The notes: a model not told the origin generated them from the sequence alone. 63,749 bases of DNA from Campylobacterales bacterium (GCA_011390245.1 JAABSR010000001.1:1-63749); one strand, 5' to 3'. Positions 40,335-51,216 are shown, numbered from the stretch's first letter. Numbers and translations: made by a program.

Positions 40335-41285
40335 CTAAACTCCTGCCTCTTCTCTTCTTTGTAGATATTCCCATTTGGCATCTACATCTTTTTGCCACTG
40401 CTCTACTATGTGTGCATTCTCTTTTTTCATGAGGTGTTTAAATCTACCCTGAAGTCCTAAATAATCCTTGATAGGAAGAACATTTTTTGGTCTATATGTT
40501 ATTGTTAGTTTAGTTCCATTCTCTATCTCATAAAGAGGAAAAACAAGGGCATCAACAGCTACATCACTAACATCAATAGTGTCACTTGGATCAAATTTCC
40601 ACTCAGTTGTACAAGCACTCATAGCATTAATAAAAACAGGACCTCCAGCATCAAAACCTTTTTTTAGTTTTTTAACCATGTCTTTCCATTTATTTGGTGC
40701 AACTTGTGCAACATAAGGAGATCCATGAGCTGCCATAATCTGAACGATATCTTTCTTTTTCTCTTTTTTTCCATAGCTAACTCTACCACTTGGAGATGTT
40801 GTAGTGCTAGCTCCAATTGGAGTAGATGAACTTCTCTGACCTCCAGTATTTGCGTAAACTTCATTATCAAGACAGATATACATCATATCATGTCCTCTCT
40901 CAAAACATCCGCTTATAAACTGGAATCCAATATCATAAGTAGCACCATCACCAGAAATTGCTAGAAATTTTACATCTCTTTCTGGTTGGTAAAGTCTATT
41001 TTTTCTCTTTAATGCTTTGTACATTGCTTCAGCCCCTGCAACAGCAGTTGAAGCGTTTTCAAAGCCTATATGAATCCAAGGTACATCCCATGAAGTATAT
41101 GGATAAACTGCAGTTGAAACCTCTAGACATCCTGTGCCAGAAGATATAACTAGTTCAGAATCTGTAGCATTGATTGCCTCTCTAACAATCATACTATGTG
41201 CACAGCCTGGACAGAGCAGGTGGGCACCCTCAAACCTCTCAGCAGCCTTTGAATACTCTTTTAAATTTTTTATCTCTTTGCTCAT
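40335..41285 (-). CDS. porB: Pyruvate:ferredoxin oxidoreductase beta subunit (TPP-binding)
   Basis: 316 aa; N-terminal Cys cluster CPGC, TPP motif GDGATYDIGFQ...N. Confidence 0.9.
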   Translation of the reverse strand: MSKEIKNLKEYSKAAERFEGAHLLCPGCAHSMIVREAINATDSELVISSGTGCLEVSTAVYPYTSWDVPWIHIGFENASTAVAGAEAMYKALKRKNRLYQPERDVKFLAISGDGATYDIGFQFISGCFERGHDMMYICLDNEVYANTGGQRSSSTPIGASTTTSPSGRVSYGKKEKKKDIVQIMAAHGSPYVAQVAPNKWKDMVKKLKKGFDAGGPVFINAMSACTTEWKFDPSDTIDVSDVAVDALVFPLYEIENGTKLTITYRPKNVLPIKDYLGLQGRFKHLMKKENAHIVEQWQKDVDAKWEYLQRREEAGV

Positions 41286-41301
41286 ATAATATCCTTATTG
41301 C

Positions 41302-42519
41302 CTAGTAGAATGTCAACTTAGGTCCTCTAAGACCGATGAATTGTTGAATTGGGACAGTTAGCTTACCAGCATCTGCATTGGCTTTTGTCTCTTTGAAAAC
41401 CTCTTTTAGATGACCTATTGTCATATCTCTTCCACCTAAACCATATATATAGTTTGTAACCAAAGGTCTATGTTCACTATGATAGAGAGATGCTGTTATC
41501 TCATTGTACAACATTCCAAGTGCACCACCTGGCAAACTTCTATCAAGAGTTGCTACAGCTTTTACTCCTTTGAGTGCTTCTGCTATTTGAATAAAAGGAA
41601 AAGGTCTTAGTACTCTTAAAGAGACAACTCCAGCTTTTATCCCCTCTTTTCTAAGCTCTTCTGCAGTAAGTATAGCAGATTCTACAGTTGTTCCTAGAGC
41701 AACCAAAGCTATCTCAGCATCGTCCATATGGTATTTCTCTACAAGATTGTATTCTCTTCCAGTCAACTCTTTGAACTCTTTAAAAACTCTCTCTATAACA
41801 GGAAATGAGTTCATATGATCATTGTGCTGTCTTGCCTTATGCTCAAAGTGCCAATCCTCTTCAGTTTGAGAGCCATAAGTTACAGGCTTTTCAAAATCAA
41901 GCATAGGGTTTTTTGGTATATAGTCACCCACAAATTTATAGGCACTATCATCATCTAGTGCTCTTACAGATTGTGCAGTATGAGAACATATAAAACCATC
42001 TTGATGCATCATCACTGGCAATCTAACATCTAAATCTTCACCAATTTTAAAAGACATCAAAGTAAGATCGTAAGCCTCTTGAGGATTATATGAACATAAA
42101 TTTATCCAACCTGCATCTCTACCCATATACATATCTGAGTGATCCCCATTTACATTCAAAGGAGAAGCAAGAGCTCTATTTACAACACACAAAACAATAG
42201 GTAATCTCATGCCAGCCGCTTGATATAAAACCTCAGACATCAAAGCAAAGCCCTGTGAGCTAGTAGCTGTGGCAACTCTTCCACCAGCTGCTGCAGCACC
42301 AACACATCCACTCATGGCAGCATGCTCAGATTCTACCATTACAAACTCACCATCTACTTGACCATCAGCCAAAAACTGACTATAGTTTTGAACAATTGGC
42401 GTAGAAGGTGTAATAGGATAAGCAGCAACCACATCTACTTGAGCTTGTCTTAACGCATGAGATGCAGCCATATTACCATCCCAAACTTCTACTTCATGCA
42501 ATTCCATCTTTTCAGCCAT
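41302..42519 (-). CDS. porA: Pyruvate:ferredoxin oxidoreductase alpha subunit
   Basis: 405 aa; strong family resemblance (AYPITPST, SEHAAMS). Confidence 0.9.
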   Translation of the reverse strand: MAEKMELHEVEVWDGNMAASHALRQAQVDVVAAYPITPSTPIVQNYSQFLADGQVDGEFVMVESEHAAMSGCVGAAAAGGRVATATSSQGFALMSEVLYQAAGMRLPIVLCVVNRALASPLNVNGDHSDMYMGRDAGWINLCSYNPQEAYDLTLMSFKIGEDLDVRLPVMMHQDGFICSHTAQSVRALDDDSAYKFVGDYIPKNPMLDFEKPVTYGSQTEEDWHFEHKARQHNDHMNSFPVIERVFKEFKELTGREYNLVEKYHMDDAEIALVALGTTVESAILTAEELRKEGIKAGVVSLRVLRPFPFIQIAEALKGVKAVATLDRSLPGGALGMLYNEITASLYHSEHRPLVTNYIYGLGGRDMTIGHLKEVFKETKANADAGKLTVPIQQFIGLRGPKLTFY

Positions 42520-42950
42520 TATTTTTCCTTACCTTCTTTTTTAGGCCAGTTAGCCAATACTCTCTCTTCCTCGTCATGTTCATCAACCATCAAAAGAGAT
42601 TTAGGATCTGTAGGACAGACACTTGAACACACTCCGCAACCCTTACAGTGGACATAATCTATTCCAACCATTGATTGCTCCATAATCTTTTCACCCTTTT
42701 TCTCTACCTCTTTTTCTCTAGCCAAGATAGAGCTATCTGGACAATATATCCAGCAAAAAAAGCAATCAATACAGTGATCTACATTGAAAATTGGCTTCTC
42801 TACTCTCCAGTGTGCAACACTAGCTTGAAACGAGTTGTTTTCTGAGTAACTTCTATCCTCCTGCTGAACATTTGGAATATTCTCTACCTTCTCATTAAAC
42901 GAGAAAAGAACAGAGCCTATCTCAAATTCATCCCATCCTCTTAGTTCCAT
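42519..42950 (-). CDS. porD: Pyruvate:ferredoxin oxidoreductase delta subunit (2x[4Fe-4S])
   Basis: 143 aa; two ferredoxin cysteine motifs, CIDCFFCWIYCP and CKGCGVCSSVCP. Confidence 0.85.
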   Translation of the reverse strand: MELRGWDEFEIGSVLFSFNEKVENIPNVQQEDRSYSENNSFQASVAHWRVEKPIFNVDHCIDCFFCWIYCPDSSILAREKEVEKKGEKIMEQSMVGIDYVHCKGCGVCSSVCPTDPKSLLMVDEHDEEERVLANWPKKEGKEK

Positions 42951-42960
42951 CTATTCTCCT

Positions 42961-43521
42961 TTAGTTAACTTCATCGTATGCACGCTTGATTGCCACCATG
43001 TTTGCATCAATAATCTTTTGAGGTAGCTTCTTCCCTAGAACCTTTTTAAAAGAATCTAAAAAGTAGTCAATCTCAAGGACACCAGAAACTTTTATATATG
43101 CACCAAGCATAGGAGCGTTTGGAATAGGTTTTCCAATAGTCTCTTGAGATATTTTTATACAGTCTAAAACATGTACACTTTTACCTTCTAGCTCAGGCTT
43201 ACTCTTGAGAAGCTCCTCTTTGCTTAGGTGAGTAGTTATGATGTACTTTGTATCATCTTTTTCGTTTAGACAAATATCTGCTATATATGTAAGACCTGGA
43301 TCTATTACAAAAACAAAATCTGGTCTCATATACTTCTCGTGATTTCTGATGGGTTTATCATCAATCCTATTGTAGGCAGTCATTGCAGCACCTCTTTTGG
43401 CTGATCCATAAAATGCAAAAGCTTGAACCTCTTTTCCAGTTCCTGCTATTACATCTGCCAGTCCTTTTGCACCGGTAACTGCACCTTGACCTGCTCGGGA
43501 GTGCCACCTTATCTCTGTCAT
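42961..43521 (-). CDS. porG: Pyruvate:ferredoxin oxidoreductase gamma subunit
   Basis: 186 aa; first gene of the porGDAB order seen in Helicobacter; GQG motif (HSRAGQGAVT). Confidence 0.85.
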   Translation of the reverse strand: MTEIRWHSRAGQGAVTGAKGLADVIAGTGKEVQAFAFYGSAKRGAAMTAYNRIDDKPIRNHEKYMRPDFVFVIDPGLTYIADICLNEKDDTKYIITTHLSKEELLKSKPELEGKSVHVLDCIKISQETIGKPIPNAPMLGAYIKVSGVLEIDYFLDSFKKVLGKKLPQKIIDANMVAIKRAYDEVN

Positions 43522-43630
43522 AATTTCTCCTAATTCTTTTGTTGAATTTAAAGCGAACTTATTTTAGGAAAAGGGTACTTAAAAGTTTCTTTTTATATAG
43601 GTTAATTTTAATTAGAAAGATAGATTATAA

Positions 43631-44263
43631 TTATATTACGCATTTCAAATATTTTATGGCTTCTATTGCATCTTTTTTAATCACTTTTGCACACTTTTCT
43701 AAATCTTCCTTGTTTGCATAGCCACAGGTTAGAGCAATATGCTCTATTTTTGCTTCAAGGGCAGATTGCACATCCATGCATGTATCACCTATCATCCAAG
43801 CTTTTTGATAACCTCCAAAAAAATTTAGGGCTTTTAGTATTGGTTCGGGATGGGGCTTAGGATTTATCACATTTTCTCTGCCTATTAAGACCTCAAAATA
43901 TTTTCCAATTCCTAAATGTTCCAATATCTCTTTTGAATATCTTGCAGTTTTAGTGGTCACAACTCCCAACCTAGCAAAAGTAGAGGCTAACTCAACAGCC
44001 TCTTTGGCTCCATCTAGAAGTGTAGTTTTCTCACTTGCTATACCTCTATAGTGTCCTTTGTATATATTGACATACTCATCTATTTTTTGATCTTCAACAC
44101 CTAGTTTTGCAAACATTATATCAAGAGGATGTCCTATGAGAGATGTGACGCTTTTTTTTTCTACTTTTTCATCACCAAAATTCTCAAATGCTACACAAAA
44201 TGACTCATAAACCGCATCTGTGGAATCTATAAGAGTTCCATCTAAATCAAATAGTATTATCAA
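43631..44263 (-). CDS. HAD-family phosphatase (phosphoglycolate phosphatase-like)
   Basis: 210 aa; motif I FDLDGTLIDS, motif II VVTTK, motif III GD...D. Confidence 0.7.
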   Translation of the reverse strand: MIILFDLDGTLIDSTDAVYESFCVAFENFGDEKVEKKSVTSLIGHPLDIMFAKLGVEDQKIDEYVNIYKGHYRGIASEKTTLLDGAKEAVELASTFARLGVVTTKTARYSKEILEHLGIGKYFEVLIGRENVINPKPHPEPILKALNFFGGYQKAWMIGDTCMDVQSALEAKIEHIALTCGYANKEDLEKCAKVIKKDAIEAIKYLKCVI

Positions 44264-44313
44264 AAAAAGACCTTTTAGTTTGTTTATCTGAAGCTAGAGT
44301 AAGAGATAAGTCT

Positions 44314-44335
44314 ATTTTGGGCGGAGAGCCCAAAA
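44314..44335 (-). terminator. Hairpin downstream of rpsI
   Basis: ATTTTGGGC-GGAG-AGCCCAAAAT, a 9-bp stem read directly, 11 nt after the rpsI stop. The U-tract is embedded in the stem, so function is uncertain. Confidence 0.4.
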
Positions 44336-44345
44336 TACAAAAATA

Positions 44346-44735
44346 TTATCTTTTTGAGAACTGAGGAGATCTTCTTGCTTTTCTCTTCCCATATTTTTTT
44401 CTCTCAACAACCCTACTGTCTCTTGTTAAGAGACCATGAGGTTTTAGAGTCGCTCTAAAAGTAGGATCAAAAGTACATAGTGCTTTTGTTATTCCATGTC
44501 TTAGTGCTTCAGCCTGAGCAGAATAGCCCCCACCCAAAGTTTTTGCCTCAATATCAACACTACTCTCTTGTCTAGTGAGGTTTAGAGGTTGTTTTACTAC
44601 CATCTTTATAGCTTCATGTCCACCTAGCCACTCATCAAGAGTAAGTCCATTTATTGATAGCTTTCCGCTGCCAGCTTTTAGCCACACTTTTGCTATTGCA
44701 GTCTTTCTTTTACCAGTTGCATACACTTTAGCCAT
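44346..44735 (-). CDS. rpsI: 30S ribosomal protein S9
   Basis: 129 aa; GGG.S.QA.A...GI..AL and the C-terminal KKYG.RKARR..QFSKR. Confidence 0.95.
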   Translation of the reverse strand: MAKVYATGKRKTAIAKVWLKAGSGKLSINGLTLDEWLGGHEAIKMVVKQPLNLTRQESSVDIEAKTLGGGYSAQAEALRHGITKALCTFDPTFRATLKPHGLLTRDSRVVERKKYGKRKARRSPQFSKR

Positions 44736-44737
44736 AA

Positions 44738-45169
44738 TTAACTATCCTTCTTGTTTATCTGTGCTGTATGTGGATGTTCACTTCCACTATATACTTTCAG
44801 TTTTTTAAGCATCGCTCTTCCTAGTTTCGTTTTTGGAAGCATACCTCTTGTTGCAAGCTTATAAAGCTTTTCTGGATTCTTTTCCAAAAGATCACCCAGA
44901 GTCTCACTTTTTACACTTCCGAAATATCCAGAGTGTCTATGATATTGTTTATCACTCAATTTATTTGCACCAGTAAATTTTGCTTTTGAAGCATTTAAGA
45001 TAATTACATTATCGCCGCAATCTGCATTTGGTGTAAATGAGGGTTTATGCTTTCCTCTTAGATACACTGCTACTTCTGTGATCATCCTACCAAATATCTT
45101 ATCAGTAGCATCTATCACAATCCAATCTCTAGTTGATTCTTGAGATGTAAATGATTTTGTCATCTTCAT
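44738..45169 (-). CDS. rplM: 50S ribosomal protein L13
   Basis: 143 aa; W.V.DA....GR.A...A..LRGKHKP.FTP pattern. Confidence 0.95.
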   Translation of the reverse strand: MKMTKSFTSQESTRDWIVIDATDKIFGRMITEVAVYLRGKHKPSFTPNADCGDNVIILNASKAKFTGANKLSDKQYHRHSGYFGSVKSETLGDLLEKNPEKLYKLATRGMLPKTKLGRAMLKKLKVYSGSEHPHTAQINKKDS

Positions 45170-45270
45170 GTTATATATCGCCTCTATTGTGTTTATTTCT
45201 AAAAAGAGCGGAATGTTACACTTATTTATCTTAGGTAATCCTTAAATTAAGTTATTTATAAGATAATTTG

Positions 45271-45744
45271 CTATTTCCATCTTCGCTCTTTAGTATGAAA
45301 AACTTCGCTCTCTTCTAGTTTATAATTTTTGTCATACTCTTTTTTAACTACACTTTCTGCCAACATCTCCTCATCACTTATAACCCCTTCAGCCTCAAAA
45401 ACATCTTTCATGATTCTATAAAGCTGTACATCTTCTCTAATGTATGCAAAAGCTAAATCTCTATCATGAAGATAGATATCATAATTTTTGATGTATTCAC
45501 TAAGTCTTAGCTTGATTTTTTCAAAGAGCAGTTCGGTTTTGTTTTTGTCTTTGATCTCATTTGCTAGAACCTCTTTTGCTACATCAAGCTCTTCTGGATA
45601 GATCGCCTTATCAAAAAATATTGAAACACAAAGGAGCGTAATAAGCCTATCTACTTTTACACCCAAATCCCTACTCTCCCAATAGATTAGAAGTCTATGA
45701 AGCAAGCTAGACTTATAAATCTCACAACAATTTTTATCACTCAC
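45271..45744 (-). CDS. Hypothetical acidic helical protein downstream of argB
   Basis: The track ORF (to 45798) overlaps argB by 62 nt. A GTG at 45742-45744 lies 6 nt after a strong AAGGAGG and just overlaps the argB stop, giving a 157-aa product. No motif recognised. Confidence 0.45.
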   Translation of the reverse strand: MSDKNCCEIYKSSLLHRLLIYWESRDLGVKVDRLITLLCVSIFFDKAIYPEELDVAKEVLANEIKDKNKTELLFEKIKLRLSEYIKNYDIYLHDRDLAFAYIREDVQLYRIMKDVFEAEGVISDEEMLAESVVKKEYDKNYKLEESEVFHTKERRWK

Positions 45745-46603
45745 AACTCCCCTCCTTGATAAATTGTGTACCAACACCCTCGCTTGTAAAAAGTTCAAGC
45801 AATAAAGAGTGCTCTATTCTGCCATCTATTATGTGAGCCTTCTGCACACCGCCTTCTATAGTCCTAAGACATGCATTCACTTTAGGAATCATTCCTCCGC
45901 TTATCACGCCTCTAACTTTTAGCATCTCTGCATCTTTTTGATTTAGACTTGATATAAGCTCTCCATCACTATCTAAAACTCCTGGAGTGTCTGTCAAAAA
46001 TAGAGTCTTTTTTGCTTTTAGAGCTATTGCAATCTCGCTAGCTGCTGTATCTGCATTTATGTTAAAACCTGGATGTCCAGCATCTTCTGAGCTTGCAATT
46101 GGTGCAATAACAGGTATGTACCCATCTTCTATTATGTTTTTAAGTATGGCTGGATCAACCTTTGTCACATCACCTGTATATCCAAATTTGCCACCATCTT
46201 TTGCTCTAGCTTGCATAAAATTTGCATCTTTGCCACAAACTCCTATGGACTTTGCTCCATGATGATTCAAAAAAGAGACTATCTCTTTATTCACCTCACC
46301 AGCTAAAACCATCTCAACTACCCTCATAGTATCCCTATCAGTTACTCTATGTCCATCTATAAATTCAGCTTTGATGTTTAGCTGTTGCGATAGCTCTGTA
46401 ATTCTATTGCCTCCGCCATGGACTATGACTGGACGGATTCCTAGCATATACATCAAAACTATGTCAATAGCAAATGACTCTTTTAGTTTTGGATTGAGCT
46501 GGGCTGAGCCTCCATATTTGATAACTACTACAGAGCCACTAAAAGATTTGATAAATGGCAACGAATCAAGTAGCGTTTTGACTGTCTGAATCTTCTTCTG
46601 CAT
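45737..46603 (-). CDS. argB: Acetylglutamate kinase
   Basis: 288 aa; VVIKYGGSA, VHGGG, amino-acid-kinase fold motifs. Confidence 0.9.
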   Translation of the reverse strand: MQKKIQTVKTLLDSLPFIKSFSGSVVVIKYGGSAQLNPKLKESFAIDIVLMYMLGIRPVIVHGGGNRITELSQQLNIKAEFIDGHRVTDRDTMRVVEMVLAGEVNKEIVSFLNHHGAKSIGVCGKDANFMQARAKDGGKFGYTGDVTKVDPAILKNIIEDGYIPVIAPIASSEDAGHPGFNINADTAASEIAIALKAKKTLFLTDTPGVLDSDGELISSLNQKDAEMLKVRGVISGGMIPKVNACLRTIEGGVQKAHIIDGRIEHSLLLELFTSEGVGTQFIKEGSCE

Positions 46604-46655
46604 TTTCTACCTTTTTGTTAAAATACAATTATAACATCAAACATAGGAGAAAAAA

Positions 46656-47609
46656 GTGAAAGAATCTTCAAATAAAAAAAGAAAAATAGCAATTTTAGAT
46701 GCTAAAACTTTAGGAGATAGCGATCTTAGTGTTTTTGAAAACTTTGGAGAGCTAAATATTTATCAAACAACACCAGCAAATAAAAGAATTGATCATATAG
46801 GTCAATCTGAAATAGTCATCACAAACAAAGTAGTGATTGATAGAGAGATTATGAGTGCGTGCAAAAATCTAAAGCTAATATGCATCTCGGCAACTGGGAT
46901 GAATAATGTAGATTTAGATGCAGCAAAAGAGCTAAAAATTGAGGTAAAAAATGTAGCAGGATACTCAACACCCTCAGTAGTGCAACTAACCTTCTCTCAC
47001 CTCTTCTTTCTTTTAGGGCATCTAAAATATTATGATAACTATACAAAAAACAAAGAGTGGACAAAAAGTGATATCTTCACGAACATGGATAAAAACTTTC
47101 ATGAAATTTGTGGAAAAAGATGGGGTATTATAGGACTTGGAAGCATTGGAAGAGAGGTGGCAAAAGTAGCAACTGCATTTGGAGCTGAAGTATGCTACTA
47201 CTCAACAAGTGGGGTTGAACGAAAAGAGGAGTTAAAAAGAGTGGAACTAAAAAAACTTTTAGAGACTTCAGATATTGTATCAATCCATGCACCACTAAAT
47301 GAGAAGACAAAAAATCTACTAAATTATGAGAAGTTGAGCCAACTAAAAGATGGAGTGATTTTACTAAATCTAGGCAGAGGTGGGATAATAAATGAGGGAG
47401 ATTTGGCAAAAGTAGTAGATGAAAAGGAGATGTATGTAGGACTTGATGTTTTAAGTGTTGAGCCAATGGAAGAGGATAATCCTCTAAATTTTATAAAAAA
47501 TAGAGATAGAGTCTTCATAACCCCACACATAGCATGGGGTAGTGTAGAATCTAGAGAGAGGCTAATTGATGGAATTGTTCAAAACATAAATGGTTTTATC
47601 AACTCATAA
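46656..47609 (+). CDS. D-isomer-specific 2-hydroxyacid dehydrogenase (glycerate dehydrogenase-like)
   Basis: 317 aa; NAD fold GIIGLGSIGREVA, catalytic R/E/H pattern (LGRGG, PHIAWGS). Confidence 0.8.
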   Translation: MKESSNKKRKIAILDAKTLGDSDLSVFENFGELNIYQTTPANKRIDHIGQSEIVITNKVVIDREIMSACKNLKLICISATGMNNVDLDAAKELKIEVKNVAGYSTPSVVQLTFSHLFFLLGHLKYYDNYTKNKEWTKSDIFTNMDKNFHEICGKRWGIIGLGSIGREVAKVATAFGAEVCYYSTSGVERKEELKRVELKKLLETSDIVSIHAPLNEKTKNLLNYEKLSQLKDGVILLNLGRGGIINEGDLAKVVDEKEMYVGLDVLSVEPMEEDNPLNFIKNRDRVFITPHIAWGSVESRERLIDGIVQNINGFINS

Positions 47610-48303
47610 ACCTATCAATCTCTTCCTCTAGCTCTTTTGCACCATCTGTTGCATTTTTTTGGATAAAGAGATCAAAGTAGTCATCAATATAGCCTCCCCA
47701 TGCATAACTCTCCCTTTTTGGGTTTAGCAAAATAGACTTCTTTGATTTATCCGCTAGATTTGCTATATCTATCACTGCTCCGCTTGTTCCTATAGCTACA
47801 AAAAGTCCAGATTCTATGAGTGCTTTGTGGATATAGCTGTACATAGGAGCAGGCTCTCCAAACATTACTACATTATGTCTAACATCTGAAGTCCTACACT
47901 TTGGACATATCTCACCCTCTTGTGAGCCATAAAAAATATCCCAAATAGTTTTGCACTTCTCACATCTTAAATCTCTAAGCGTTCCATGAAGGTGTATCAC
48001 ATCTTGACATCCTGCCCTCTCAAGCAAATCATCTACATTTTGAGTTAGATTCCATACTCTTCCTCTATATTTTTTCTCTATTCTTGCTAGGGCAAAATGT
48101 GCTTCATTTGGCTCTGCACTTTTTAGCTGTTCTCTTCTAAGATTATAAAATCCACTCACCTTCACCCTATCTCTTTGCCAACCCTCAACTGAGCAGACCT
48201 CCATCACATCATGCTCTTCCCATAATCCATCACTATCTCTAAATGTCCTTAGCCCAGATTCTGCACTTAAGCCTGCTCCACTTATGATAAATACTTTCTT
48301 CAT
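47599..48303 (-). CDS. cobB: NAD-dependent protein deacylase (Sir2/CobB class)
   Basis: 234 aa; GAGLSAESGLRTFRD, catalytic HG, Zn-ribbon CEKC...CPKC. Confidence 0.85.
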   Translation of the reverse strand: MKKVFIISGAGLSAESGLRTFRDSDGLWEEHDVMEVCSVEGWQRDRVKVSGFYNLRREQLKSAEPNEAHFALARIEKKYRGRVWNLTQNVDDLLERAGCQDVIHLHGTLRDLRCEKCKTIWDIFYGSQEGEICPKCRTSDVRHNVVMFGEPAPMYSYIHKALIESGLFVAIGTSGAVIDIANLADKSKKSILLNPKRESYAWGGYIDDYFDLFIQKNATDGAKELEEEIDRFMS

Positions 48304-48317
48304 ATCTTAGTCCAATT

Positions 48318-49745
48318 CTATCTTATGACAACAACAAAATTTACGCCTCTTCTTTTTATCAGCACCCTTTTTGCTTTTTCACCCAAACTTTTTAGTGCAT
48401 TTTTGAAATCAGCTACATCTTTGATGGTATAGTTTTCAATCTGAATTATCAAATCACCCTCCAAAAATCCAAACTCATCAGCACTACTTCCACGCTCTAC
48501 GCCAACCACTAAAACACCTACATCATTTCTTGAAAGTCTATATCTATCTATTAGTATGTCATTTAGATTTTTTAAAGAAAGTCCATCTACTCCATACTCT
48601 GTACTACCAAAAGTGCCAGCTTCACTCTGCAAAGTATCTAAAAATACAGTAGTAGTGTGTAGCTTTTTATCCCTTATATATCCGACTTTTATTTTGCTTT
48701 TTGGAGCATAGCTTCCTATTTTGTTTTTTAAATCGCTCGCACCTTTTATAGCTTCGCCATCTACGCTCACTATAAGATCCCAGATATTCAATCCCGCTTT
48801 AGAAGCTGGAGAATCTGTCGCAATAGCAGTGATCATTGCACCCTGTTCTCTTTCATAAAATTCTTTATGCTCTTCAGTTAGATCTTGGATTGTAACACCC
48901 ATAAATCCTCTCTCAATTTTTCCAGTGTCTATTAAAGCTGTAGCTATTTTTTTGACCATATTTGAAGGAATCGCAAATCCAATACCATGATTGCCGCCTG
49001 TTTTTGAGAGAATCGCTGTATTTATTCCTACAAGACCGCCTCTTGTATCTACAAGAGCCCCTCCTGAATTACCTGGGTTTATAGAGGCATCAGTTTGGAT
49101 AAAATTTTCATAATCATTTATCCCAATTCCTGATTTATTTAGAGCTGAAATAATACCTTGAGTTACACTCTCACCAACTCCAAAAGGATTGCCTATAGCA
49201 AAAACAATATCTCCAACTTTTAGCTCATTTGAGTTTGCAAATCTTATTATGTTTAGATTCTTAGCATCTATTTTGATAACCGCTAGATCACTTTTTGGAT
49301 CCTTGCCTATTAGTTCTGCCTTGTACTCTTTTGAGCTATTTGGAAGATTTACTATTATCACATCCGCCCCATCAATAACATGATTATTTGTAATAATATA
49401 TCCATCTTTACTGATAATCACGCCTGAACCAAGCGATCTCTCAACTCTATCTCTTGGCACTATATTTCCAAACATATCTCCAAAAAACTCTTTAAAGAGT
49501 GGATTATTTTGAAAAAGTGGATTCATACCTTCTAGATTCCCATGAGAGCTTTTTATTCTCTTTTGGGTTGATATATTTACTACCGCTTCTTTGGAATCCT
49601 TTATAGATTCATAAAACGAAAATACTGTGTTTGAAGAAACCTCTGGTTTTATCCTATTCTTTATCTCTGGCATATCAAACACCTCTGCACCAAAAATAGT
49701 TGAAAAAGTTATAGCCAATATGCAAACAACTCTACCTAATAACAT
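48318..49745 (-). CDS. htrA: Periplasmic serine endoprotease/chaperone HtrA (DegP/Do family)
   Basis: 475 aa; signal peptide, TNNHV, GNSGGAL active-site serine, two PDZ domains. Confidence 0.9.
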   Translation of the reverse strand: MLLGRVVCILAITFSTIFGAEVFDMPEIKNRIKPEVSSNTVFSFYESIKDSKEAVVNISTQKRIKSSHGNLEGMNPLFQNNPLFKEFFGDMFGNIVPRDRVERSLGSGVIISKDGYIITNNHVIDGADVIIVNLPNSSKEYKAELIGKDPKSDLAVIKIDAKNLNIIRFANSNELKVGDIVFAIGNPFGVGESVTQGIISALNKSGIGINDYENFIQTDASINPGNSGGALVDTRGGLVGINTAILSKTGGNHGIGFAIPSNMVKKIATALIDTGKIERGFMGVTIQDLTEEHKEFYEREQGAMITAIATDSPASKAGLNIWDLIVSVDGEAIKGASDLKNKIGSYAPKSKIKVGYIRDKKLHTTTVFLDTLQSEAGTFGSTEYGVDGLSLKNLNDILIDRYRLSRNDVGVLVVGVERGSSADEFGFLEGDLIIQIENYTIKDVADFKNALKSLGEKAKRVLIKRRGVNFVVVIR

Positions 49746-49913
49746 ATAAACTCCTAAAGAAAAAATTTAGGAAAATTGTAGGGTAAGTTGATAAAAATTG
49801 AGGTAATATCTAAAAATGCTTTTGATAAATTAAGTATATTTTAAGACTTAACTTGCAATTTAGCACAATAATCTAATATAATAGACAAATAAGTTTATAC
49901 TGTTTAGAGGTTT

Positions 49914-50579
49914 TTGGAGTCTATATTGAGAATATTTCTACTTGAAGATGAAAATATGTTGAGAATTTCTATTGTTGAGTATCTTGAAGAGATGGGATAT
50001 GAGGTGGAGAGCTCAAGTGATGGTTTTGATGCGAAAGAGAAGATAATAAAGGGCAGATATGATCTTTTGCTTTTAGATATCAACACTCCAAAGGTTGATG
50101 GTTTTACTGTGCTTAATTCCATAAAAAAGATGGACATAAAAACTCCTGTTATCTTCATAAGTGCTCTAACTGGCATAGAGGATATTACCAAAGGATTCTC
50201 TTTAGGTTGCCTTGATTATCTAAAAAAACCATTTCACCTCAAAGAGCTTGTATTAAGAATAGAGAGAGCATTTTCTAGCATAAAAGAGCAAGAGACTATA
50301 AAACTAACAAAAAACTACGCCTACGACACAAAGACAAAGACACTATACTGGGGTGATAGTTGTGAGATAATCACAAAAAAGCAGGTACAGATTATTGATC
50401 TTTTGTCCAAAAATATTGGAATAGTTGTAGATTTTGAGAGGCTAAGGGAGATAGTCTGGGATAGTGAACCTATAGATAATGCAACAATTAGAGCTGAAAT
50501 AAACCGACTCAAAAAGTCCCTGCGAGAGGATTTTATAAAAAACTGCAGGGGTATAGGCTATATGGTCTCTAAACCTTAG
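49914..50579 (+). CDS. OmpR-family response regulator
   Basis: 221 aa; REC (LLEDE, LLLLDINTP, KKPF) plus a winged-helix output (RGIGY). TTG start. Divergent from htrA, with no kinase gene adjacent. Confidence 0.8.
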   Translation: MESILRIFLLEDENMLRISIVEYLEEMGYEVESSSDGFDAKEKIIKGRYDLLLLDINTPKVDGFTVLNSIKKMDIKTPVIFISALTGIEDITKGFSLGCLDYLKKPFHLKELVLRIERAFSSIKEQETIKLTKNYAYDTKTKTLYWGDSCEIITKKQVQIIDLLSKNIGIVVDFERLREIVWDSEPIDNATIRAEINRLKKSLREDFIKNCRGIGYMVSKP

Positions 50580-51159
50580 ATATCTTTTTTGAAGTAATCC
50601 TCTCTAGATAAAACCAAGCTAGAGATATGATAGTAATAGCGATTATAGGCATGATATATGGATTATCTTTTGCAAAATCAAAAGCACTCATAAAAAACTC
50701 TCCTGCAAAATAACTTCCAAAGCCTACAACTAGTGCCCAAACAATTGCTGAGAAAAAGTTTATTATTGTAAATTTAAGTAGTGGATATTTTGTGAAACCT
50801 ATCGCAACTGGGATAAGTGTCTTTAGGCCATAAATAAATTTTTGAATTAAAATAATTTTTGAGCCTTGTCTTTTCATTAGAAGATGAGAAAGTGCTAGTT
50901 TTCGTCTATGTTTTTTGATGTATCTCATGATATCTTTTTTATTGTATCTTGCAAAGTAGAAAAGCAACATATCTCCCAAAAAATTTGAGACAATAGCTAT
51001 AGGTATTGCAATACCTAAATCGAGCTTACCACTACTTGCTAAAACTCCAGCACCAGCTAATGCAACAAAACCTCCACCAAGAGAGTAAAAAAATATAAAA
51101 ATATAGCCATAAGTGGCAAGAGATGATAGTGTATCTTCCAATAAAAAACCTCTATTCAT
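50569..51159 (-). CDS. DedA-family inner-membrane protein
   Basis: 196 aa; DedA/SNARE-associated pattern (G..LA.AGVLA, F.AR......I..H). Confidence 0.8.
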   Translation of the reverse strand: MNRGFLLEDTLSSLATYGYIFIFFYSLGGGFVALAGAGVLASSGKLDLGIAIPIAIVSNFLGDMLLFYFARYNKKDIMRYIKKHRRKLALSHLLMKRQGSKIILIQKFIYGLKTLIPVAIGFTKYPLLKFTIINFFSAIVWALVVGFGSYFAGEFFMSAFDFAKDNPYIMPIIAITIISLAWFYLERITSKKISKV

Positions 51160-51216
51160 TATTTTAGAACTTTTATTATATAATCATTTAGCTGAAAATT
51201 TAAAGAGGATTGGTAG

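Noticed and set aside
47599-48303. A Sir2-domain protein as a possible anti-phage NADase (Thoeris, DSR or SIR2-HerA-like).
   Set aside because: It is a compact 234-aa CobB-type deacylase with the canonical GAGxSxxSG motif, catalytic His and a Cys4 Zn ribbon. It has no fused or adjacent effector, sensor, HerA or TIR genes, and its neighbours are housekeeping genes (htrA, a 2-hydroxyacid dehydrogenase).
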